From the IMG/VR virus record IMGVR_UViG_3300005529_000032, positions 6,594-70,593 of that record: DNA of 64,000 nucleotides. The stretch is one strand, 5' to 3'. The notes beneath the pieces are model-generated. The model was not told where the DNA came from, did not search any database, and saw only the letters and a list, made by a program, of their open reading frames with translations. Shown here in pieces: positions 37,265 through 44,605 of the stretch. Made by a program: the position numbers and the translations under genes. This stretch comes from a virus. Numbering within the stretch: the first letter of the stretch is position 1; every line of letters starts with the position of its first letter.

Positions 37265-37759
37265 TCAATCCCTAAACGCTTCAAGAGTCTTCGCAAGAGG
37301 CAAAGCTCCAGATTCGCCTTTAACCCTATCCTCGAGTTTTCGGACGCGGCGCGGGTCCAAAACTGTCGTAATCATCCCCAGAATCGAAGCGGTCGCGTTG
37401 AACCTCATCTTTTCTTGGGCATTAAGCCCGACGTAGTCGTGGACCCCCTGGGACACCCGGTTAAAGCTCCGTCGCGCCTTCCGCCGGATTGAGCACACAT
37501 CTGCCTCGGCATTGCGAATCACCCCGATATCGTCTAGCCGCATCATTCCGACGTTTTTTACAGCGGCGAAGACTAATCCCTCCTTTTCGAGCATCTTGCG
37601 TGCGCTTTGCAGGGACCCGCGCGCCTGCTTCTGAGGATCGCGGCCGATCCGGGTCTGCATCTCGACATAAGTAACAATGCCTCGAATCTCGGTACTTCTC
37701 AGTAACTCGGCCAGCATCTTCGTGTCGATACTTGCTGTGAACGTCGGAGTGGTGATCAT
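37265..37759 (-). CDS. Hypothetical 164-aa basic helical protein immediately downstream of the pentamer arrays
   Basis: ATG 37759; its RBS (AAGGA) is the last unit of tract C. Confidence 0.7.
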   Translation of the reverse strand: MITTPTFTASIDTKMLAELLRSTEIRGIVTYVEMQTRIGRDPQKQARGSLQSARKMLEKEGLVFAAVKNVGMMRLDDIGVIRNAEADVCSIRRKARRSFNRVSQGVHDYVGLNAQEKMRFNATASILGMITTVLDPRRVRKLEDRVKGESGALPLAKTLEAFRD

Positions 37760-37764
37760 AAGAA

Positions 37765-37884
37765 TCCTTGCCTTGCTTCGTCTGGCCGCGTGATGCCACG
37801 CCAAGCGGCGCACTGCGCTGCGGAGCCGGACGATGAGTCGCGGTGTCCGGTCGAGCGGTGTCGCGAGGCGAGTGGTCACGCCGG
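37765..37884 (-). ncRNA. Pentamer-periodic tract C (putative guide RNA, 23-24 units)
   Basis: Top-strand purine every 5 nt from 37770 to 37880 (22 G + 1 A); minus-strand units NN+VDC. Confidence 0.8.
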
Positions 37885-37914
37885 AAAAAAACGGAAGATT
37901 GCATGTATGAATGA

Positions 37915-38004
37915 ACCTTGTGCTGCGTTGCCGGGTGTTGCGAAGCGCTGCGCTGCCGGATCGCGTCATGCCACGCCGGGTGGAGTGCTGCGCCGAGATG
38001 GTTA
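37915..38004 (-). ncRNA. Pentamer-periodic tract B (putative guide RNA, 17-18 units)
   Basis: Top-strand purine every 5 nt from 37915 to 38000 (16 G + 2 A). Confidence 0.8.
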
Positions 38005-38025
38005 AAGAAGTAGTGCATATAAAGT

Positions 38026-38125
38026 CCCTCGTGATGCCTTGTCTCGCTGGGACCCGTCGAGCTCGGCCAAGCCGTGCCGCGCGAAGACCAGAGAAGTCCG
38101 GCGCAGCCGTGCTGTGACATGCAGA
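38026..38125 (-). ncRNA. Pentamer-periodic tract A (putative guide RNA, 19-20 units)
   Basis: Top-strand G at every fifth base from 38031 to 38121 (19/19); begins 3 nt after the RAMP-like stop codon. Confidence 0.85.
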
Positions 38126-38128
38126 AGG

Positions 38129-38710
38129 TTAAGCGGCTGCATCGAGAGCGACGTCGAGCCACTCGATCCGATCAACCTTGAAACGACCGTAGAAACCATT
38201 CTTGGCGGGACGAAAGCGTCCGATGCCGATCACGCGACCGGCCCACGTAATGTGTTCAGTGAAAATCTCCTGGTTGATGATTTCGTCGAGGACGTAAACG
38301 AGCAGGACGCCACTCCAAGATGGGATAATGGGAAAGTTTCTCCAGACCCGAGTGCTACCGCCTCGCCTCCCATCTGCTGGAACGAATAGTCGCTCTTTCG
38401 CCACGTCCATAGCTTTAATCGGAAGCACGAGGGGATCAGCAATTAAGATCCCGGATTCAAATTTTGCTTTGAATGTAGCGCCTCTCTTGCCGGGAATTTT
38501 GATTTGCAGATACTGTGCCGATTCAGAGAGGCAGTTCTTAAAAGCCATTGGCGGGATGTAGACATACCCCTCTTCGTTCACGTGCATGCGATGCCGCCAT
38601 GTGCGGAGGTCATAATCTTCGTGCGTTTCGCTACGTTCCTTGTCCACCTCGTAATGCCTTGATTGGCTGTAGACGGACGTTGATGTGAGATGTACTTTTG
38701 CGAGTTTCAT
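38129..38710 (-). CDS. Solo RAMP/Cas7-like RNA-binding protein (Vipr-like), 193 aa
   Basis: N-terminal strand 'KVHLTSTS', 'VYIPPMAFKNCL' (RAMP IP-x-S/A-x-K motif), C-terminal Gly-rich loop 'GRVIGIGRFRPAKNGFYGRFKV'; AAGGGAG RBS; no other cas genes present. Confidence 0.75.
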   Translation of the reverse strand: MKLAKVHLTSTSVYSQSRHYEVDKERSETHEDYDLRTWRHRMHVNEEGYVYIPPMAFKNCLSESAQYLQIKIPGKRGATFKAKFESGILIADPLVLPIKAMDVAKERLFVPADGRRGGSTRVWRNFPIIPSWSGVLLVYVLDEIINQEIFTEHITWAGRVIGIGRFRPAKNGFYGRFKVDRIEWLDVALDAAA

Positions 38711-38738
38711 GCTTACTCCCTTACAAGCTGAATCGTGG

Positions 38739-39110
38739 TTACTTACCAAAACCTCTCAGGCCCTCTCCAGGCTGTAGACACTCGGCGAGTTGCCGCAAGC
38801 CGCTTTCTGCCGTGCGAGCCACCACGTACACGCCGCCGAGCTCGCGAATCATGGCGCAAAAATTCTTCTGGGCTTCATTGAGCCGGTCTTTCCCGGCCTT
38901 AGTCTCGATCTCGAGGCGGCGCCCACTCGGGCCGATGATGCCGGAGAGATCTCCCTGCCCATTCACGCCGGCATTGAGAAACCGCTCCCGTCCTCCGGTG
39001 CCGAGGACTTTTGCCTTGACCCTGTTATTCCGCCAGAGCCGGATTGCAGGAAACCGCTCCGGGACCCGGATGAGTAACTCGGCGTTGAGTAAGCTCCCTG
39101 GGGTGCTCAT
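38739..39110 (-). CDS. VRR-NUC-like nuclease
   Basis: 'LWRNN...GQGDLSG...LEIETKAGKDRLNEAQKNF...GGVYVVAR'. Confidence 0.85.
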   Translation of the reverse strand: MSTPGSLLNAELLIRVPERFPAIRLWRNNRVKAKVLGTGGRERFLNAGVNGQGDLSGIIGPSGRRLEIETKAGKDRLNEAQKNFCAMIRELGGVYVVARTAESGLRQLAECLQPGEGLRGFGK

Positions 39111-40534
39111 GCGGACCTCATCCATTCCTTCGGCGGCCAGTGACCGAACACGATCTTGAAGCGGACCATCGGCCAGTTCGGCTTGTAGCCGCGCATCCGC
39201 GCAATCTGCCGGTACTCTTCGAACTTGGCCCGGCGCGTGTCCTCTCGCTGTTCTTGCTGCCACTGCTCGATAGCAGCTTGTTTCTGTTCTTCGCGGTACT
39301 CCTCGAGTTCGCCGCGCGCGGTGTCGATCCGGCGTTCAAACTTCGGAATCGGCGCGAGGCAGTAAGGACAGGCCGTGACTCCGGTTCTGAACGTCGCGAA
39401 ACAACGTCTACAGGTCGTGATGCTGAGAACCGATTCGTTGCCGCTGTGCTGGATGGCTTTCCCTTCCAGCGACCACTGAATGTCGTCCTCAAAGAACGCG
39501 TTCAGGCGTCCGGTGTTATCAAAATGGTCCAGAACGTAAAAGTTGGTTTTTCTGCGGTGCGGACGGCTCGCGCGGCCGAGCATTTGGCGCCAGAGACCTT
39601 CGCTCGCTGTGGCGCGGGCTCCGATGATACAGGAACAACAAGGATGATCCCACCCATAGGCCACCAAACCAACATTCGCGACGATCGGAAGGGACCCATG
39701 GTCAAACTCACGCCACACGCGTTCCCGTTCCGCATCAGGGGTGTCAGCATCGACATAAGCACATGGAACTCCTGCACAACGAAATTTCTCGGCAATCTCG
39801 CTCGCATGATGCTGCGAGACGCCAAACGCAACCGTCTTGCGGTCCGACGCAAGCCGCTTCCATTGCTCCACAACATCGCCGACTAACTTCGGCTTGTCGC
39901 ACACCTCCGCGAGTTGCTTCTTATTGAACTCGCCGGCTGTCTTGGCAACGCCGCTCAGATCCGGTGCGCCTTTCGGACGAAACACCACACTGGGAACGAG
40001 ATAGCCGAGCGCAATGAGCTCCCGGACCGAGGAACCCTGCACCATGTAGTCGGCTATCTCCCCCAGACCGCGCCCGTCGAGGCGCACGGGCGTTGCGGTT
40101 CCGAGTAGCAGCTTTGCGTTGGGGTAGCGGTCAATGACCTTCTTCCAGGTATCCGAGACGGCAAAGTGCGCCTCATCGAGAATGAGCAAGTCCGCCGGCG
40201 GAGTATCTTCGCGCCGGTGAATCGTGTCAATACTTGCGACATGCACCGATAAGTGCGGCTTGCGGCGCGGGTCGTCAGACATGATGACGCCGTGCTCGAT
40301 GCCGAGACGGTCCAAGCGCTGACTCATGTCATGCACGAGGTTGCGACGGTTCACCAGGAACACCACGCGTTTGCCGCGGCTCGTGACACCGTGAACTATA
40401 AAGGTGTATAACGTGCCCTTCCCGCTCCCGGTGGGCGACACCAGGAGTACGCTGCGATACTGCCGCATCGCTTCGCGCACGGCCGCCAGGTCGCGTTGCT
40501 GGTAAGGCCGCAAGGTCGGGCACGCCATCATCAC
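39107..40534 (-). CDS. SF2 DEAD/ResIII-like helicase with C-terminal zinc finger
   Basis: 'LRPYQ', 'SPTGSGKG', 'LDEAH', 'TATPVRLDG', 'QMLGRASR', 'CRRC...CPYC'. Confidence 0.92.
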   Translation of the reverse strand: MMMACPTLRPYQQRDLAAVREAMRQYRSVLLVSPTGSGKGTLYTFIVHGVTSRGKRVVFLVNRRNLVHDMSQRLDRLGIEHGVIMSDDPRRKPHLSVHVASIDTIHRREDTPPADLLILDEAHFAVSDTWKKVIDRYPNAKLLLGTATPVRLDGRGLGEIADYMVQGSSVRELIALGYLVPSVVFRPKGAPDLSGVAKTAGEFNKKQLAEVCDKPKLVGDVVEQWKRLASDRKTVAFGVSQHHASEIAEKFRCAGVPCAYVDADTPDAERERVWREFDHGSLPIVANVGLVAYGWDHPCCSCIIGARATASEGLWRQMLGRASRPHRRKTNFYVLDHFDNTGRLNAFFEDDIQWSLEGKAIQHSGNESVLSITTCRRCFATFRTGVTACPYCLAPIPKFERRIDTARGELEEYREEQKQAAIEQWQQEQREDTRRAKFEEYRQIARMRGYKPNWPMVRFKIVFGHWPPKEWMRSA

Positions 40535-40536
40535 GG

Positions 40537-41868
40537 TTAGTCTCCGGCTGGGCTCGAGACTGTGAGCGGATGATCACTCACGCTCGCGATAAGGAACTGC
40601 ATGCCGGTGCTCTCGGCGTACTTCTGCGCCGTGTTGAGCAACGCTGTGCGCTTCTCAGAGTCGAAATGCTCGGCGTCATCGAGGACAACGAAACCGGCTT
40701 CTCCGTGCGCGAGAACAGCAATCCGCAGGCAAAACCGGATCTTTGCCTCTGTGTTCCAGCGGTTGAACGGAATGAGTTTGCCGTTCTCATTACGCAGTAT
40801 CCGGCCATCCTGAATCAGAACGTCCTTGATGGGGAGACGGGACGCAACCGTCTCTTTGAGCGCGTCGAGCCGGTCTATCGCCTCGGTCAGAACCTTTGAA
40901 AACGCGCGGTTCTGCTCTGCGTCTTTTTTGGCCAATTCGAGCGATTTGCGGGTCCCTTCGGCCTGCGCTTGGTTCCGGGCCCGTTCTTTCGCGGTCCCGA
41001 GCTCCGCGACCACTGTGGTCAGGCGTGAGTTGACGTCGGCGCCAATCTGGTCGGCTTTTGCGTTGGCTTGCACCCGGATCTGCTCGATCTTCTTATTGAG
41101 TGCGTCGCCGGCTGCGCGGAGTGCCTGCTCGTATTCGTCCTGTGCCTTCTCTTTGTCCGCTTCGAACTCTTTTCGGAGTTGGCCGACCCTTTTCTGACGT
41201 TCGGTTTCAAGCTCGCTTTTCTGCGATTCGAGCCGCTCAACTACTTCCGTCCAGTCGTGGCCCTCGGGCGCCGCGGGAGGCAGTGTCTTCTCGAGCTCTG
41301 CCGCGTGCTTTTCCTTCGCATCCGCGCTAACGTTCCAGTCCCGGCGCCGGTCATAACACTCTTTGCGGAGTTTCGCTATCCGATCAAGCGCCGTCCCGCC
41401 CGTAGGGACAGAAATATCGGCTCCGCCGAGCGCATCCTTGATCTCCTGGTCGCTACAGTCCATGGGCATGACCCGGAGCAGCGTTTCGACCTGCTTTTCC
41501 TCCGGCAGTTCCAAGAACGCAACCGGGTCATAGCTGATGGCGTTCGCCATGGCATCGATTTGCTCGCGCGAGACGACAAAACGCTTACTGCCGGGCGCAC
41601 GCCACGAGCGGACCGTCTCATTCCGTTCCCGGCTGGCCTTGCACTTCACTGCGGCGCCGTTGTCGAGCTCAATCAGAATCTCGCCTTCCTTTTCGTCGCC
41701 ATGGATCATGTCTTCGTCGTGGCCGCGGCCGAACGCGTACCGGATCGAATCGAGCAGCGAGCTTTTCCCTTGCCCGTTTTTGCCCTGAATCAGCGCGACG
41801 CTCGGCAGTTTGGTTTCAAACGAGGCGAACCCCGCCATATTGGTGATCGTGATAGAAGCGAGTCGCAT
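40537..41868 (-). CDS. SMC/Rad50-like ABC ATPase
   Basis: 'GKNGQGKSS', long coiled coil, 'VVLDDAEHFD'. Confidence 0.85.
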   Translation of the reverse strand: MRLASITITNMAGFASFETKLPSVALIQGKNGQGKSSLLDSIRYAFGRGHDEDMIHGDEKEGEILIELDNGAAVKCKASRERNETVRSWRAPGSKRFVVSREQIDAMANAISYDPVAFLELPEEKQVETLLRVMPMDCSDQEIKDALGGADISVPTGGTALDRIAKLRKECYDRRRDWNVSADAKEKHAAELEKTLPPAAPEGHDWTEVVERLESQKSELETERQKRVGQLRKEFEADKEKAQDEYEQALRAAGDALNKKIEQIRVQANAKADQIGADVNSRLTTVVAELGTAKERARNQAQAEGTRKSLELAKKDAEQNRAFSKVLTEAIDRLDALKETVASRLPIKDVLIQDGRILRNENGKLIPFNRWNTEAKIRFCLRIAVLAHGEAGFVVLDDAEHFDSEKRTALLNTAQKYAESTGMQFLIASVSDHPLTVSSPAGD

Positions 41869-43181
41869 TAGAACAAGTCACCATCCTTTGGTCCGGCTGG
41901 CGGAGGTGCTTGCGGAGGCGGCGGCGTGGTTGCAGGCTCTTCGTCCACCTTCTTATTCGCCGTCCGGCGTTGCTGCAACTTATCGGCGAGATCTTGCGTT
42001 TTCGCGTTGGTCGCGTTCGCCGCGGAAGCAGATGGCCCGGAGGGATTGGCTGCGGGTGACTGGGGAGTTTGAGGAGCAGACTCCTCCGCAGGTCCCTCCG
42101 GATAAAACTCGTCCGACATCGCTTGCGCGCTGAAGGGCGTGTCTTCGTCGTCTTCGACGTAAGCAGGTTCGGCTGAAGCTTCGATCATCCGGCGCGGCGG
42201 CGTCGGCTCGGCAATTTGCCGGAACTTCCACGCCTGTTCGATGAGGTTCTTGCGCAGTGACTCTATGTCTTCGGCTCGGAACTCGAGGCTGACTCCATAC
42301 TGCGTCGCCGGCTGCCCGTTGTGTTTCGTCTTGTAGGCCCGGAGGACCATTTTGAGAGGAATTCCAGCAAGGCGGCCTCCAGTGAGGGCTTTAATTCGCT
42401 CAATGCTGCTAAAGATCTGGGTGATGGACCGGATTCCAGACGTATGAAAATATGCAGTCCCACCGACACGTATGTTTTTCGCCAGTTGAAACTTGAGATC
42501 TCCGCCTGGGTGACATGGACTCGGAAGGGTGCGTCCCCGGTCGTCGACGGACTCTTGACTGAAGGGGCATCCGCAGGTCCAGCACCCGTCGATGATGGGG
42601 AAATGTTTTTCGCCACGCTGTTTCGCCTCCTCTACTAACTGTTTGTCCTGCGCCGTGTCCGCCATCGACAACACGCGCATTGCGTTGACGCCGTCGCCTT
42701 TACACTTCAGTTCCGACGAGCTCCACATCTGGTAAGCGCCGTTGAACGGGTTGTCATCGAGAAAGACAACGTCAATCTCGGTCGGCATGATGCCGTGCGC
42801 CTCGATCGCTTCAAAGTCGGGTTCAAAAATCTCCGTGCCGTCCTGTTGCAACACGGGCCGCGTGAAAGTGAAAAACCCGATCTTGCGCGGGTAGTTCACC
42901 ATCTCGGCTTTCGCGTAGTTGTCGTGGTAGAACTGTTCGGCTTCTTTGCGGGTCTTGAGCTTCCCGACCGTTTTGAATTCGATCTTGTTGTCACCCTTGA
43001 CGGCCATGCGGAAGTACCAGAGACCGTCGTTGTGAATCCAGCAATTCAGTCCCCGGCCGCGCGGTAGACCAATACCCACCTTCAAAATTTTTGCTTCCCG
43101 CAAAATGAGGCTCCCATCCGGTTCGTGCGTAATGCCGAACATCACTCCAGGGATGGGCCGCTTACCTGCTATCTGCAACAT
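41868..43181 (-). CDS. Gp3-like (recombination directionality factor-like) protein
   Basis: 'LKCKGDG', 'CGCP...CHPGGDLKF', 'GGTAYFHTSG.RSI...LAGIPLKM'; lies between the YqaJ nuclease and the ATPase. Confidence 0.65.
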   Translation of the reverse strand: MLQIAGKRPIPGVMFGITHEPDGSLILREAKILKVGIGLPRGRGLNCWIHNDGLWYFRMAVKGDNKIEFKTVGKLKTRKEAEQFYHDNYAKAEMVNYPRKIGFFTFTRPVLQQDGTEIFEPDFEAIEAHGIMPTEIDVVFLDDNPFNGAYQMWSSSELKCKGDGVNAMRVLSMADTAQDKQLVEEAKQRGEKHFPIIDGCWTCGCPFSQESVDDRGRTLPSPCHPGGDLKFQLAKNIRVGGTAYFHTSGIRSITQIFSSIERIKALTGGRLAGIPLKMVLRAYKTKHNGQPATQYGVSLEFRAEDIESLRKNLIEQAWKFRQIAEPTPPRRMIEASAEPAYVEDDEDTPFSAQAMSDEFYPEGPAEESAPQTPQSPAANPSGPSASAANATNAKTQDLADKLQQRRTANKKVDEEPATTPPPPQAPPPAGPKDGDLF

Positions 43182-43361
43182 TTATACGCGCTCCTCATAG
43201 ATCTCGATCAATCTCTCTTCCTGTTCATCGGTGATCCATGACTCCGCTTTCCAGCGACGACGGACCGACTCCATAAACTTCTGTTCCTCTTCCGTCAGGT
43301 CCTTGCCGTCGCCGGTGAGGCTGTCAATCATGGACTGAATCACGTTTTTCGGTTCGGTCAT
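43182..43361 (-). CDS. 59-aa hypothetical protein
   Basis: Not in the ORF track: MTEPKNVIQSMIDSL...LTEEEQKFMES...ITDEQEERLIEIYEERV*; TGATG coupling. Confidence 0.65.
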   Translation of the reverse strand: MTEPKNVIQSMIDSLTGDGKDLTEEEQKFMESVRRRWKAESWITDEQEERLIEIYEERV

Positions 43362-44407
43362 CAGTAAACTCGCAGTGGCCTTGATTCGACTGCTTTTTTA
43401 AAGGTGTCCGCGGGTAGAAATTCCTGCTCGAACTTGTGCTTCGCCTGCCAGAGTTCGGGATGTTTCGCAATGGCATCGATCAGCATGTTCCGTAAACGGT
43501 CGTGCTCGGATGCGAGGAAAGCGAAATCGCCTCGCATGGCAACCTGCGGACGGAAGTACACCTTATGTCCGGCCACCTCGAGTTGCTCGCGAGCGCCGAT
43601 GCGGGTCTTGAGCTCTTCCTTGGCGTCCTCGACCAACTGTTCCGCTTCGTCCAGGAGCTTTTTACGCTCGAGGTACTCGGTCAGCAATGGGCGCAGTGTT
43701 TCATCGCGCTCCAGGCCCTTATTGCTACCGGCCTCGACCTGGATGAGCGCAGCACCTTGGCAGGATTTGCGGTATTGGCACTTTTGGCAGCGGCTATCAT
43801 CCGGCTCGAGACGGTCCGGGATATCACCGCTTTGGACTTGCCGCCAGAATGCGCGGTCTTCCGCGACGATCAGATCCGCCAGAACACTGTCGCGGTCGAC
43901 GTCCCAGTGCAGCAGTTCGCCGCTATCGCGCGAGCCAATGCCGTACGAGCCCCATGGCGTTCCCGCGACTACCATGCCGTGCTGTAGCTGCAGGATGTAA
44001 TCTTCCGGCAATCCCTCGCGCTTGATCTTGTAGAACACCGCGCGGCCCACGGCTTTGAGCTCGAGCACGCCTGGCTGATCGCGGTTGCTGTCATCGACCA
44101 TGCGGTCGACATTCACCCGCAATTCCGGATATTCGGGATGAATGAGCGGCTCGGGCCGGACATCGACGAGGCGGCCTGTCATCTGCGCGTACTTCTCCCC
44201 GAAGAAAGGCTCGAGATAAGCGCCGAGCGCTATCGCGTCGTTCTCCGGCTCCGGATAATCTGGCGGGACGTTGCGCTTGTCATAGAACAGCCTGCGCCGG
44301 CATCCGTATCCGACGTTGAAGACGGAAGCAACGTCCGAGCCTCCAACGCCTTTCTTCCGCTCGGCGAGAAAAACGGAGCGATCAATTTGGGGCTTCTCGT
44401 TCATCAT
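43361..44407 (-). CDS. YqaJ-like (lambda-exonuclease family) recombination nuclease
   Basis: 'RKKGVGGSD', 'GAYLEP', 'VNVDR', 'VLELK', 'YILQLQHGM'. Confidence 0.9.
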   Translation of the reverse strand: MMNEKPQIDRSVFLAERKKGVGGSDVASVFNVGYGCRRRLFYDKRNVPPDYPEPENDAIALGAYLEPFFGEKYAQMTGRLVDVRPEPLIHPEYPELRVNVDRMVDDSNRDQPGVLELKAVGRAVFYKIKREGLPEDYILQLQHGMVVAGTPWGSYGIGSRDSGELLHWDVDRDSVLADLIVAEDRAFWRQVQSGDIPDRLEPDDSRCQKCQYRKSCQGAALIQVEAGSNKGLERDETLRPLLTEYLERKKLLDEAEQLVEDAKEELKTRIGAREQLEVAGHKVYFRPQVAMRGDFAFLASEHDRLRNMLIDAIAKHPELWQAKHKFEQEFLPADTFKKAVESRPLRVY

Positions 44408-44605
44408 TTAGCGTGCGACTGCCTTTGATGGGGGTTTGCGGTCCGGGTTGCTCTCGCGATGTTGCCGGACGAAGTTCACGAGGGCCCTGCGCATGATGGC
44501 GGACCGGGTTTGTTCTTCCTCGATAGAGATCTTGTCGATCTCATCCACCAAGTCCACCTTGAGCTTGAGGCTTATGTTGAGCTTTTCATTGTTTGCTGCG
44601 GCCAC
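44408..44605 (-). CDS. Ribbon-helix-helix (CopG-like) regulator in the cro position
   Basis: 'ISLKLKVDLVDEIDKISIEEEQTRSAIMRRAL'; GGAGG RBS. Confidence 0.75.
   Translation of the reverse strand: MAAANNEKLNISLKLKVDLVDEIDKISIEEEQTRSAIMRRALVNFVRQHRESNPDRKPPSKAVAR

Noticed and set aside
37765-38125. Classical CRISPR array or simple microsatellite
   Set aside because: No 25-40 bp direct repeats with spacers, and the units are not identical; only the phase-fixed triplet is conserved.
37461-38162. 233-aa and 234-aa ORFs running through the pentamer tracts
   Set aside because: 5-nt periodicity does not fit codon structure and the products are low-complexity; the real downstream gene starts at 37759.
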